Positions 1-13,299 of a stretch of DNA of 64,000 nucleotides are shown one piece after another. Source of the DNA: Carcharhinus amblyrhynchos (Eukaryota); contig OZ336890.1 of the NCBI GenBank assembly GCA_965287045.1, positions 13,764,001-13,828,000 of the forward strand. The letters run 5' to 3'. The notes beneath the pieces are model-generated. The model searched no databases, was not told where the DNA came from, and worked only from the letters and a program-made list of their open reading frames with translations. Numbering within the stretch: position 1 is the first letter of the stretch; every line of letters starts with the position of its first letter. A program made the translations under genes and the position numbers.

Positions 1-155
1 AGATAGATTTCTGACAGACAAGGGAATTAAGGGTTATGGAGAGAAAGTGGGAAAGTGGAACTGATCCACTTCAGGTCAGCCACGATCTTAATGAATGGCG
101 GGGCAGGTTCAAAGGGCTAGATGGCCTACTCCTGTTCCTATTTCTTATGTTCTTA
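1..155 (+). mobile_element. CR1 LINE 3' end
   Basis: End of ORF2 (…IKGYGEKVGKWN*) then the typical tail gatggcctactcctgttcctatttcttatgttctta; similar to the tail at ~38500-38639. Confidence 0.8.
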
Positions 156-950
156 CCAGGGATGAAAGACTTGTCTTATGAAGTTCAGGCCCATACTCGC
201 TAGAATTGAGATGAGGGAGATCTATTTGAGATATACAAATTATGCTAAAGGGAAATGACAAGATCATCATAGAATCATCATCATAGAACCCTAAGTGTAG
301 AAAGAGGCCCTTCAGCCCATCGAGTCTGCACCAAACACAATCCCACCCAGGCCCTACCCCCATATCCCTACATATTATACCCACTTATCCCTCTAACCTA
401 CATATCCCTGGACACTAAGGGGCAATTTCTTAGCTTGGCCAATCAACCTAACCCGCACATCTTTGGACTGTGGGAGGAAACCAGAGTACCCAGAGGAAAC
501 CCACGCAGACACGAGGAGAATGTGCAAACTCCACACAGACAGCAACCCGAGCCAGGAATCGAACCCAGGACCCTGGAGCTGTGAAGCAGCAATGCTAATC
601 ACTGTGCTACCGTGCTGCCCAAATAGATAGACATAGAACAGATGTTTCCCCTTGTTGGACATTCTAGAATGAGAGGTAATAATTTTAGGTTAAGGGGTGG
701 CAGATTTAAAGGAGAAACAAAGAGGAATTATTTCATTCAAAGGTTGTGGATTTCTGGAATTCTCGACCCCTTAGTGCAGTAAACACCATAACACTAAACA
801 AATTTAAGGATATAGATAGACTAGTACCAGAATGAAGGGTTACGGGGAGTGAGCAGGAAGACGGCGAGGAGGTCAAGATGAGATCAACCATGGTTGCATA
901 GAATGGTAGAGCAGGTTAGAGGAGTTGAATTGCCTACATCTGCTCCCTGT
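156..950 (+). mobile_element. Decayed CR1 LINE 3' fragment interrupted by a SINE
   Basis: Degenerate RGDLIE / FPL…RGH-like coding remnants on both sides of the SINE, plus a CR1-type tail. Confidence 0.6.
271..620 (-). mobile_element. tRNA-derived V-SINE (HE1-like)
   Basis: Minus strand starts gggcagcacggtagcacagtg (A box), then gggttcgattcc (B box), central domain gtgtggagtttgcacattctcc, and a CR1-like tail. Confidence 0.85.
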
Positions 951-1417
951 CCTTAAAACAGATTTTGTTTTGGAACAAACTATAGAACCTGTACAATCCA
1001 GAAAATAAGTCTGTGAAAATGAGTTAAAAGCACAAGTCTGATCAGCTTGGACTTCGTGCAACAAACAGATTATAATTGTCATTTATAGTAATACTTTAAC
1101 AATTGTTCAAAAACAATGCTGTTATTAATTAATGAATATTAAAAAATTTATTTCATACATTTGGGCCTGAATGACATGACAGTTACTCTTGTGGACAAAT
1201 AACCTTTACCACATGCAACCATACCATGAGAAAACTACTAATAGAACTGATATTTATCTTCAGGTGCATCACTCCCCCATTCTCCCTTGCAAACTACCAT
1301 CCCAACTCCAAACTCCCTTTCCTTTCTAAAGTCCTCAAACATGTCATCTCCCAAATTCATGTCCCTCTTTCTCAGAATTCCATGTTTGAATCTCTCTAGT
1401 CCTTGGCAGGCAACATA

Positions 1418-1682
1418 ATCATTAGCATTGCTGCCCGAGTGCCAGGGGCTCAGTTTTGATTCCCAGCTTGGGTCACTAAGTCTGCATATGTGGAGTTTGC
1501 ACATTCTCCTAGTGTCTGCATGGGTTTCCTCCACAGTCCAAGAGATGTGCTGGTTAGGTACATTGGTCATACAAAATTCTCCCTTAGCGTACCTGAACAG
1601 GCGCTAGAGTGTGGTGGCTAGGGGATTTTCACAGTAACTTCATTGCAGTGTTAGTGTCACAAGTAACAATAATAAATAAACT
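1418..1682 (+). mobile_element. V-SINE, alternative-tail subfamily
   Basis: Same central domain (tggagtttgcacattctcc) but the tail is cacagtaacttcattgcagtg…aataaataaac. Confidence 0.75.
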
Positions 1683-3149
1683 TTAAGCTTAAACAGTCAG
1701 GTTTCCAATATACTGTAACAACAGTTTACAAAGTCACAACTGACATCCTATTTGATTGTGATAAAGATAAACTACTTGTTTATTCATCTCAACCTGACCT
1801 CACGAGGCTCATTTAATACCCCACACAACTGGGTGTGGCTACAGTCACTAGTCATTCTTATCCAATCATAACCAGAGATTCACCAGTTTCCTCTTTCCTG
1901 TCACCATTACTACTGGTGCGTCTAAGGATCTGTTCTTCTGCCAAGAAATGTTAGTAATTTAATTGTCACATTTCTTATGTACCACAGACAAAACGTTGGG
2001 GGTTTGTGAGTATGGTAATTTGAGTAAGACAGAGTAACTAAGAAAGACAACAAGAAGTGGTTTTCATATGGTAATTGGTCAAGAAGGACTTAAAGAATCC
2101 ATACAGGGCAGAAGAAGGCCATACATCCTATCACACCTACATTGACAATAATCCCACCCAAGTCCTATCTGTGTAACCCCATGCGTTTACCCTGTTAATC
2201 CCCTTGCTAAGGGGCAATTTATCATGACCAATGAACATTTTAGGACTGAGGTATATACAAGAACTAACTGCAGAAGATTTTTGATTTTTTTTGGCTCAAA
2301 GGAGGTTACATACAGATTGTAAAAAAATGTTTAAGGAAGTAAGGTAGGGGGTTTTGTATTAAACCCAAGAGCCAAGGTAAAAAAAAAATTAATCAATTCT
2401 GGAAGAAAGCATTTTTAGTGAGACAGTAGAGAGGTCAAGGGGAAAGAACGTATTTCAGGAGATGCTGAAACCAATTTGAGGGGGTAACTGTTTGATCTCC
2501 CAGGAATAGCTGGTCAGAACTCCCAGAAAATAATGGGAACAAAGCCAGACCTAAAAAAAAGCTGTTGTCAACCCCACAGAACACTTCAAAAGAAAACAAA
2601 GTCATTGTGTGTGAAAAATTACATGATTCTGTAGATATTAACATTTTTATAGGAGTTGAACAGAAAAGGGGAAGGTTAGCTCTGAGGGTAGTTAAGCTAA
2701 AGGCTGGAGTTCTCCAGTCTTGCACGTGCTGTTACTGCCGCCAGCAGGGAATTTGACACATAGCCTTTCTTTAAAGACACAGCTGAAAACTTTCCTCTTT
2801 GACCAAGCTTCTTGTAATTTTTCTAATACATCCTTATGGGATGTTTATTACATTAAGGCAATGTCAAGTTCTGTTGATCTATTGCCTTGCACAGTGGGAG
2901 ATAGGGAGACAAATTGCCAGAGGTATCTGAAGATGAAGAAAAAGAATGGAGGACAGAGCTCATGGTCTTAAATTGTTGAACTTAAGGTTGAGTCAGGGCT
3001 GAAACAGTGCCTCATCAGAAGAAATCCCCCAGTTTGCATTCAGCTTCGCTGGAACATTGTGGCAGGTTAAGAACAGAAATGTGAGCATGGCAGCAAGATG
3101 GTGAATTGAACTGACAAATGACAGGAAGGTTAGGCTTACTCTGCAAGCG

Positions 3150-3450
3150 CAATCCTAAGTGTCTCAAGGTTGTGGCTTCAAACACAACTCGAGATTTAAG
3201 AACAAAATCTAGACTGACCCTTCAGTGCAGTAATATGGAATTGGCATGACTGAAGGTCTGCCCTTCAGATGCAAAATTAAACCTGCCCTCCTAAATTAAT
3301 GTAAATGATCCATCAGCACTGTTCAAAGAAAAGCAGGGAAATTAGAAGGACACTTGTGCAAATGAACATAATTCCTACATTACAACAATTGTTGCAAAAT
3401 GCTTTGGGACGTGAGAATATCAAAACTGGTAAACGGGTATACAGATGTAA
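3150..3450 (+). mobile_element. Ancient Deu-domain-type SINE (SacSINE/AmnSINE-like), decayed
   Basis: ggttgtggcttcaaa…cttcagtgcagta…cttcagatg…taaacc pattern; related copies near 10850-11200(-), 24480-24800(-), 40090-40350(+) and 50890-51170(-). Confidence 0.5.
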
Positions 3451-3546
3451 ACTCTTTTTTCATTGTACATCACTGTGAAGTAATGATCAACATTCAGACA
3501 GCACCAGATCAGTAAAATTATAGGCAGGCCACTGACAAGCTACTGA

Positions 3547-4259
3547 GGGTCCAAATTTACCATCATGATGTGCCTGTTTTCGGGTGCAAAACTGTGTAAA
3601 GTCGTGCGTGAGGTGAGTAGCGCGATCCTTGCACATCTCCCCGTCAGTTCCCCCTTTACCAAGGCCTGAAAATGGCTGCAATCAGGCTTACTGATCTATT
3701 TATATGCATTTAAATTGACTTAATAGGCTGCACGCCCAACTTTACTGGCACGTCCCCCTTTATCACCGCGTTCGCCCATCCAGAATCAGCGCAAAGCACT
3801 CATGCTCCATACAAGTCCAATTAGCTCCAGTTAGTGAGCAGTTAAGTGCTGAGCATCCGACGGCTCTCTGCTTGAGATTAGTGAGGGGGGTCCACTGTCA
3901 CTCTGCCAGAGATCTGTTGGGGGATGGAGGGGAGAGAGGTATAATGGTCAATAATGTTGAGGAGCGGGGCAATGTCTATGGGGGCCAGGGGTAGGCATTA
4001 TCCAGCCTGAGAGGTATGTAGCAAGGGAGTAGCATTCTATAATTTTTTTTCTGTGCCTGCGCAGTTGGAGGCACTGATTGAATCTGCTGTGTTTCGGGCA
4101 GATTATGTTCCGTCCACAGGTTTCTGATTCGTGCTCACTGATATTTTTGCAGGCAGAGTGCGTAGGAGGTGCCTGAGAACACGTTTAAAAGTCGGATCTA
4201 AAATACTCCCAGTTTCAAGTCCACCCAGCACTTAGAATCAAAATGGTAAAATAGGGCCC
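3547..4259. mobile_element. Non-autonomous TIR element (MITE-like, GGG…CCC termini)
   Basis: Left end gggtccaaatttacca vs reverse complement of the right end gggccctattttacca (imperfect ~16-bp TIR); no ORF; CpG-richer than flanks. Confidence 0.5.
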
Positions 4260-5318
4260 TGGTTTCAAATTTTCATGAGTTTAAATGCATGATTTCCATT
4301 CTATCCAATGACATTCAAAATTGTTAATATAAAAGCTGTTAAAAGGTTTCCTCTGGGAGCTCTGATTTCCTCCCACATTCCAAAGATATGTGGGTTAGAT
4401 AGCTTGACTACGGTAAATTAACCCTTAATGTCATGGGGATTAACAAGGTAATAGGGTTATGGGGAAAGAGCCTGGGTGAGATTGTTGTCAGTACAGGCTT
4501 GATGGGTCAAATGGTCTTCTTCTGTAATGTAGGGATTCTGTGTTACTATGATAAAAGAAAGGGTGCAATGATATTACCTGTAACTGCAGACTAGTTAATT
4601 TAACAGTAGTGTGTAACATTTACAAAACTTGAATCAGGAAAAGATAATTAACTGGTGCTTGGAGGGATTTGAGTTTATTAAGAGGAGCTAGCATGGATTT
4701 ATAAAAGGCAGACTATGCTTGCTTAATTTAATTGACTTCTTTATTGAGTAAAAAAGATTGATGAAGGGAATGCAATGGCTGTTGTCTAAATGAAACATAA
4801 GAAGCTGTTGACAAGATACCAAATTTAAAGGCTGGTTGACAAAATTGAGATGCGTGGAATAGGAGGGCCAGGGTGCAATTCGCTAAGAAAATGGTTGAAG
4901 GACAGAATGCAGTGATTTGCGATGGATTTTTTTTAAAAAGAACAGATTGGACTCTAGTAGCAAGAACTGTTCACCAAGGGTCTGTGCAAACAGCACTGTT
5001 TTTTTTGCTATATATAAATGATTTGGATCTTGTAAGAAGTAAAACTTCCAAATCGGCTGATATTAAACTTGGAGCAGCAGCAAACAGTGTGGTTGATACT
5101 AATTGCCTACAAACATAACAGTGATTGGCTAGCAAAACGAGCACACAAGAAAGAGGAATTTAATACAAAGAAACGTGAGATGACACATTTTTGTCAAAAG
5201 GGATGTGGAGAGGCAATATAGACTTCATGGTACAATTCTAAAGAGCAGGCAGGAACAGAAGAACTGGGGTGCATGTACATCAATATTTGAAAATGGCAGG
5301 ACAGATTTGAATGGTTGG

Positions 5319-8300
5319 TGTTATAGGGTGTTTGTTACAGATCTGTAGGTCTGGAAAAGTCTTCATAGTCATTCATACGTTAACTTCAACTCTTTGTTGA
5401 TGAGATATGCAGAATGGGCATATGCTTGGAGCTGTCTCCCTGCTTATGGTACACATGGCTTTGAATACCCAAGGTGTGGGACATGTGGCCTTATGTCAGT
5501 ATGTGGCCAATACTGTCCTCAGTCTCACATTAGCATTGTGTCATATCCTTATATGACAACACCCCATCCCAGCTCATGTCTTACAATGTTATTACTAATA
5601 TACACCTACATTGTCATTATTACAATATTACTGTACGGTAAGCAGTGCTGTGAGGAAGTCCTCGTTCTTTTGTTAGGAGGCCCTCAACTGTACAGAGCCC
5701 CCTTCTCAGCCTTCCCATTTGACTGTGGGTATCTTACTAAGCTGGATGTGGTGGCAAGATATAGGAGTTACTGATTTGGAAATTGTGGGCTATTGTTTCA
5801 CACAATATTGTGGGATACTATGGCTCTGGAACAAATCTTCGAGTACCTGATTTACTGCCTCTGTGGTAGTCATATATAGTTGCTTCACCTCATCCCATCT
5901 GGAGAAGTAGTCCCCCACTATAAAGGTAGATTTTCTGTGGATGACAAACAGCTCAATAGCTAGCCTCTCCCATGGTCTAGTTTGGAATTGTGATGATGAG
6001 GTCCTGCCTGTGTAATTTGCCAGGTCTGATTACAATGGTATTTTCAACTGCTTTGGAAATGCTTGGCCACCAGACAGCAGATTGGGCCTCTGCTCTGAGT
6101 AATGCTCAGGTGGCCCTGGTGTAATTTATGAAGAATCCCTGGTTGCAAACAGACTGAGACAATCAGCAACTCATTGTACACCAGAAGGTCGTTTGATTTC
6201 AAGTGTTTTATTGTTCGAAACCCCCCTCTATGTGGTCTCTTTTGAGATCTTTATTCTGACAGCATGTCAGGCAAACTCCTTTTCATACATTTGTTCCTGG
6301 CAGATCTCATGGAGTTTACTTGTGGTTGCTGAGCAGGTGCCTCCTGGTCAATTGGGAGTACACTTCTAATTGTTCAATGAAATTGTCATCCTGCTTTCAC
6401 TGGAGGCTCACTGTGGTCCTAGAAAAGGTGTCAGATTTTGTCTTTTTTTTTTAAAACCTTAGATTTAAGCAAACTTCATGCAGCACAGGCAAAACCTCTG
6501 GAGTACAGGAGGCATCTTAGTTAGTCCAATAAGGAGGCGACTATCTAATGGTCCATTTCAAGAAAACATCTCATATGTCTACATGACTGGAAGAGTTTCC
6601 TTTTTTATGATGGTGTAGCTCATCTCAGGTGTCTAACCGCCCTCTGGATGCATAATGGATAGGTCAGCAATTTCTTTTAAGTTGTTCCTAGAAAAGGACC
6701 TCTCCCAGGCCTGTGGATAAAGCATCCACTGCTATGGCGGTGCGTAGGTCTGGGGTGATATTGGGCTACAATATCCAAAAGCAACACTAGATAATGTGAT
6801 TTCTAGCATCTTGCTTGGTCTTTAAGCAGATGCATCAAGGGTTCTGTGATCTGTGCCAAATCCAGGAAAAATTTTGCCAGCTTGCTTGCCAAGAATTGCT
6901 GGAGGTCTAGAAATTGGGAAGGGTTGTGAAGGTGCTGATAGCTTTGGTTTTTTGTGGGTCTGCCATGATTACCATGTGATTTAGGAACCAAATTGATATT
7001 TTGGAAAACTCACATTTGTCATTCAGCATTAGCCCTATTCCTGCAGATGCTCCGAGATCATTGAGAGTTTCTCACTTTCACCAACGGCTAGAGCACCAAA
7101 GGTCCTGCAAAATAGCCAACACCATACTTTGGAAACATGTCGGTGTCAGGAATGTTCCAAACAGCAGGCGGGTAAAGCACAGTTTGAAAAAACTGTGTTT
7201 TGAGAACTTAGTCAAATTTTCATCCTGAGGACATAGGATGCACATCTCTGGATACAACTTTGCTGAGCTAAGTTAGAACAATAAGATGGACCTATTTGGT
7301 TTTGAGTCTGGGGTCACACTGGAACACCATCATGGAATTAGTTATGTGACTAGGGAGATGTCTCCCATGTTTGCCATGCCATCCAGCTGTTGCTGCACCT
7401 GCTTCATAAGTGGCTGGGTGGGGGGATGGAAGTAGGGGAGGGGTGGTGGAGGCATCTTATGTAGTCCAAATAGGCGCATAGGTTTAGCATCCCCTGTGTG
7501 ATGCTCTCCACGTTTTTCAGTCATCCTAGTCCTGTGAATTGTTTCGAGGACTCACATTAGTACTTGGAGCCAGTGCCTTGTTGGTTGACATCAAAAATCC
7601 TCTGTAATAGGTTAAATTCAGCACAGGCTTTGTTGCTTAGTAATGAACAGTCCTGGTTGTGGATCACAAAAGGGACCCCCTAGGGATGTTGGGGGCAATG
7701 TTAGCCATGGTTCTTTGTCCAACAAGATTGTTATGCAGGCTTGTTTCCAATTTAAAATTTATTAAATGGCCATTAACTGTAAAGGTTCACATTCCAAATT
7801 AAGAAACCAAGATTTGCTGCAGTTTCCAATCCTGTTGCACTAAAAGCATTGCTTCTTCAAATTTAGCAGGTAATTCATTGGTTGAGTCTTGTAATGTCAC
7901 CCACAATCAGGCCTAGTGTATTAACACATTCTGCTTCTGACTTTTTGTCGAAACATGAAGTGATGCTATCTTTTAGGAAATTTTTCCTCGAAAGTCCCCT
8001 GTTGTAATTGATTGAGGGCTTGGGTTGGTCTGAATTGCTTTGGAAGTGTGGAATTCTGATCCATAGTTAAAATTTGTAGGTTCTGCTAGAGTTCTTTGAA
8101 CTTCAGAATGGTCTCACCATATTCAACAATGGCTTCCCGGATCAACTGCCTACAGAGGGCTTTTACCCAACTTTTAAAGTCAAACTTGTTGACTCGGGGA
8201 TTGTGGTTTAATTTTGGATTTTTTTTAAAAACTGTACTTCTGACTCAATTATTTAAAGATTTCTCACGACTTGCTTTTGTCTGACATTTTAAAAGATTTA

Positions 8301-8755
8301 GCTCACCCGTTTTCGGAATCTTCTGCCGCTGTAAGGAATTTTAAATTTCTGCCACTAGCTTTAAAGCCTTGCTTTGGAGCTTTTTCCTGGCTATTTTCCC
8401 TCTGCCTCTGGAGCTTTTCAAGTCAGACTACTTTCCTGAATTTTTTCTTAGCCTTTGAGAATTTCAATTTTTCTCCACATTTTCTGACAGGTCTTAGGTT
8501 TCTCCACAAGCTTGGATGTTAGTTACAGTTCAGTCGGTAAGAAGTCTTCGTCTTCTTACATAGGTTAACTATTAGTCTTTCTTGACTCAATTATCTACAG
8601 ATATAGAGCGAAGGACATGAACTAGGAGCTATCTCCACGTCTGCTAATGCACTTTGCTCTGTGCAACACTAGGCTGACCCTGGGTATGGATCACATGCTC
8701 TTTTGTGTCATTGTATGGGCAGTTCTGTACTCAGTCCCACATTAACCATCATATG
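5319..8755 (-). mobile_element. Ty3/gypsy LTR retrotransposon, decayed
   Basis: Minus-strand remnants in protease (NGHLINFKLET ~7760), RT (CFTRLLFG ~7170), RNase H (~6740), integrase (PWERLAIELF ~5960) order; homologous diverged LTRs at 5319-5561 (TGTT…AACA) and ~8519-8755; purine tract gggatgggg next to the 3' LTR. Confidence 0.75.
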
Positions 8756-8932
8756 CTTAGTAAAAGCATATGAGATCTTAGACTTCATAAATAGAGGAAT
8801 TGAGTACAAAAGCTATTTTGTTATGCTGAACCAATGTAAATCTCTGATTTGGCCCTGCCTAGAGTGCATTCAGTTCTGATCATCACACTTTAGGAAGATG
8901 TGAAGGCCCTCAAGATGGCACAGAGGAAATTT

Positions 8933-9320
8933 AGAGTCATAGAATTTACAGCATGGAAACTAGCCCATTGGCCCAACTTGTCTATGCCGCTCAGTTTTTA
9001 CCATTAAACTAGTCCCAATTGCCCACGTTTGGTCCATATCCTTCAATACCAGTCTTACACATGTAACTGTCTAAATGCTTTTTAAAAGACAAAATTGTAT
9101 CCACCTTTACTACTATGTCTGGCAGCTCGTTCCAGACACTCACCGCCCTGTGTGTGAAAATATTGCTCCTCTGGGCCCTTTTGTATCTGTCTCTTCTCAT
9201 CTTAAACCTATGCCCTTGAGTTTTAGACTCCCCCATCTTTGGGAAAAGATGTGAACTATCTACCTTATCTATGCCCCTCATTATTTTATAGATCACCCCT
9301 AAGCCACCTACACTCCATTC
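8933..9320 (-). mobile_element. 5'-truncated CR1 LINE 3' fragment
   Basis: ORF 9009-9344: YKIMRGIDKVD…LFP…QGHRFK…VWNELP…GYGPNVGNWD*, with CR1 tail. Confidence 0.85.
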
Positions 9321-9633
9321 AAAACCCATTTGATGCATAGTCAAACTAATGATTGCGTATATTTTTAATGTAAAAGGCTATTAAGCATTTATGTCCCTAC
9401 TCAGTCCTTGCCTCTCTAAATGCCTGTAGCTCCTGCCTCTCAGAATACCTTCTAACAGGTATTGCCAGAATAGTTAATTCAAGATGTGGAGGCGTGGTTG
9501 GAGGCAGGGGTGTGGGGGATGCAGGGGGTAATGGTTTAATTGCAAAATTGGGTCAGAAGTGACTGGTGTTGTTTTCCTTAGCACAAAGGAGTTAGAAGGG
9601 AGATTTGATAGAGGCATAAAAGTTTATGACAGG

Positions 9634-9964
9634 TTTCACACACAGGGTGGTGAGTGTCTGGAATGAGCTGCCAGAGATAGTAGTAAAAGGTGGATACAAT
9701 TTTGTCTTTTAAAAAGCATTTAGACAGTTACATGTGTAAGACTGGTATTGAAGGATATGGACCAAACGTGGGCAATTGGGACGAGTTTAATGGTAAAAAC
9801 TGAGTGGCATAGACAAGTTGGGCCAATGGGCTAGTTTCCATGCTGTAAATTCTATGACTCTAAATCTCCTCTGTGCCATCTTGAGGGCCTTCACATCTTC
9901 CTAAAGTGGGATGATCAGAACTGAATGCACTCTAGGTAGGGCCTAATCAGAGATTTACACTGAT
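9634..9964 (+). repeat. Local inverted duplication of 8831-9159
   Basis: Near-identical reverse complement of ~330 bp that includes the junction between two different CR1 copies. Confidence 0.9.
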
Positions 9965-10431
9965 TGGACAAATAAAGCTTTTCCTATTAACTGATTGCAC
10001 AACTAGAGGACAGATTTAAAATGTTGAGTGAGATATGCAGGGGAGGATAAGGAAAAACATTTTTGTACATTAAGAGTAATGACCTGGAACTTGCTACCCA
10101 CAAGGATTGTGAAGCTGAAGTTGGAAAATGATTTCAAAAAGAAACCTGTATGGACACTTGAAGGAAATACATGGACAAGGTTATAAGGATCAAGTAGGGG
10201 AATGGGACTCCTCTACTCAGTAGGCTGAATTACATCCTTCGATGCCATAAATGACTCGACAACACACGGTGGAATTTTACGATATTTCAATAGATTCTCT
10301 GAAAAGTTTTAAACAACTACTGAATGGATGCTGTCGAGTTTTCAATATCCAAGTAGGAAGACTCCAATACAAATAGAATCTAATTAGTAAAATCCAAAAA
10401 TAAAAAATACTCATTCCAGTGCCACTAAATG

Positions 10432-10736
10432 CTAACAGCACGGCTGCCAATTTTTTTCAGGAATTTCTAATAGGAGACAGATATAATCCAAGCGCTGTAA
10501 AAATGCTTTTAGTACAAATTTTCCAAAGTGTCGTTGCAGGAACTTGATGGGATCGCTTTGCACCTTTAATACCCAGATCACAATCACTGAACACAACTGT
10601 TGCACGTTGAAGAGGTTTATAAAGTAATCAGCTGCTCTGACAAGTGTCTCTATCTGGGAAATACATATTTGATCCACAGCAAACGAATACTGTGACAGAG
10701 GGAATGGCACGGTGATGAAGCGCGCGGCAGGCTTTC
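10432..10736 (-). CDS. Candidate exon 2 of an unidentified minus-strand gene (coding, or a 5'UTR exon with a uORF)
   Basis: Acceptor cctttgttttgtcttctaactag|GA; non-repetitive; locally CpG-retaining; phase-1 frame open ~100 codons to TAG and compatible with the exon at 33448-33466. Confidence 0.35.
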
Positions 10737-13299
10737 CTAGTTAGAAGACAAAACAAAGGTTTAGCTTTAAAATGCCGATGAAGTTGTTGAAAATGTCACA
10801 GAAATATTGACTTGAATTCATGTCTCCCACAAACATCGCAAAACAATTCAACATAATTACTTTGAAGTGCAGTCATGTGTTATGGATACAAATAGCAACT
10901 ATTTTGAGTAACAAGTTCCCAAAATAACAATGAAATGATTGATCAATTAATCCAACTTATTTGGTGAGGTTTGAGGGAAGAACACTAGCCAGGACACTGG
11001 AAGAATTTCCTGCACTTCTGTCACATAAGTGCCATTGGAATTTTAAATATTGACCTGAGCAGACAAATTCAACTTTGATTTAACATCTAATCTCAAAAAT
11101 TGTCCCCTTGACAAAATAGCCCTTAATGGCACTTCAGAACATCATCCTAGATCAAGTCATCAAGAAGGAACTCGTACCCATAATCATCTAACTGAGGGGA
11201 CAAGTTGGCACAGTTGCATGCACATAACCTTGGTTATTATTTAGCAAGATAAATGACCTTGGATGGCTTCAATTTCTTTTTGAATGGGCACAAATGCTCA
11301 ATAGCTTTTTACATTAAAAATATTTGCCATCATTTACTTTGAAAATGCATCAAATGGGTTTTGAATGCAGCTATTATCCCTTCTATTGCCAAATGGCTCC
11401 CCATTTAATAGCTCAGCATCAAAATAATGGAGCGCAAGTACATTTATACCCTCAAGCCAATTTTCTTAAAAGTATCTGAATTTTCTTCATAAAATAGCAA
11501 AGATATTTTGTTTTCTTTTGGAGACTCCCTGCACTTACTAGCTGCTTTCAGTGGCATGGCTCACAGATACAGACTGGCAATATGTGACTGAGCAATTATA
11601 CCATGCAAGGTATAATGTAAAATTCTGCTGGCAAAATGCAGGATAGTTCAATCTTTAAGGCCACAAAACCCTGTTGCTCTGAAGAGCACACCCAGGAAGT
11701 GGATTTGAGGGCATTTGCTTTTAATTTAAAAAGGTGCTACTTGTGCATTTGTAGGTTTACTTCCGTTTACAATTTGTTACTCAAATTTAGTTTGGACAAT
11801 CAGGTGAAACAAACAGTCTCAGATGTGGAAGACTTCTTATGTGCATTTGTTACAATACAAGTTGTTATAGAATGTTGCAGCACAGAAGACAACCAGTCAT
11901 GCCTGTGCTGATTCTGAGGGCTTCTAATCTCACACTTCCAGCTTTCTCCCCGCCTCCCCCACCCCGCCAAAATCCTGGGTTCCTTTCAAGTTCATAGAAA
12001 ATTATGCTGTTTCTCTCATTTAGCGACAAATAAGTACTGACAGCCTTCTGCCCGATTGCTTGCCATAATATTATTGCACTAATAAATGGTTCAGTAAAAT
12101 TAAACTTCATGATTGGCCCATGATTCTGCAATTTGATTTAGATTTTTCAATTAAATAGAACATTGACATGATCAATGAATTCTTTCCAACATCATGTTTT
12201 GGCCTTTTCCAGATTCTAATTTAGAACAGATTCAGACTTCAGATTTGTTGCAAAACTAACTTTGCACATTGTAGGAGATATTCTGGTTGCCACAAAGTAC
12301 TCAAATTACTGAACTTTATATATTTGGGCACTACATGAAGTTCACTGATTGAACAACAGTGAATGGGCTAAATTTTTGACTGCAAGAAACCTTTACAGGT
12401 AATAGAATTCAGTTAGGAACTTGAGTGAGGACAAAAGGGATACGGCCTTCTGCAGTCATGCAAATAGTACTAGGTCACTCAAAAACAGTTAGTTATTTCA
12501 GTTTCCAGCTTTGTTACTAATATTTTAATATAATTTTGTTAGTTGTGTGTGTAAACATTAAGACAGTAAAAAAGTAAAAGAAAAACTAGATTCTATTTGA
12601 AATGTCAGTGACACACATATCCAACAAGTCTAAACTAGAAAGGTTCCAGCACACATTGCAGTGCCACTTGCATTCCAACACAAAGCACTTTTCGCTCTCT
12701 GAATGAGCTCAGCGAAAAGTGATCTGAATGAAAAGTAAAACTTGATTATCTGTACTCTTATGTTGAAAGGTTTACTATTTTAAGAATATAGAAAGATGGA
12801 CTGATTAATTACAAAATTATCAAACTACACAAGGCAATGTTTAACCTAATTAAATATGTTTCACTATAGTCATGGGCCAACTTTCACAATAATATTGTGC
12901 ATAAACTTGTGCCTGCATGTTATATCATATTGAAGTTCAACAGCAAGTACTACAGTAATCAAGTCTTTTGTTACCAAATTCTGGACAACATTATGCCTCA
13001 AGTGGAGATATGTGTTTTTGCAATCTCAAGTTGTAAGCTACCAAATTTTCTTTCCATACATCTCGTGTTTTACACAGTTGCTTCAGCTGACCCTGCAATA
13101 CAATACAGCCAACTGAAAACATTCATGATGGAAACATTTCTTCAATAAAAACTTGTACTAAGCTTGCTCAGAGTGATGCAATAGTTTGGAACAAACTAGA
13201 TCCCATAGATTTCTGGATCCTGTCAAAAATAAACAGCTGCAGCAGATTCCTGTAAAGACTGTACGGCTTTAATCTAGCTTCAAAAGCTTCCTCCAATAG

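Larger units (their letters stand above)
4545..10250 (+). mobile_element. Old CR1 LINE ORF2 remnant split by nested insertions
   Basis: Degenerate RT (QGSV…LYINDLD…SKSAD) at 4545-5318 resumes at ~8757 (KAY.IL.FINRGIEYKS) and at ~9570 and ~9965 (RGDLIE…RTRG). Confidence 0.65.
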
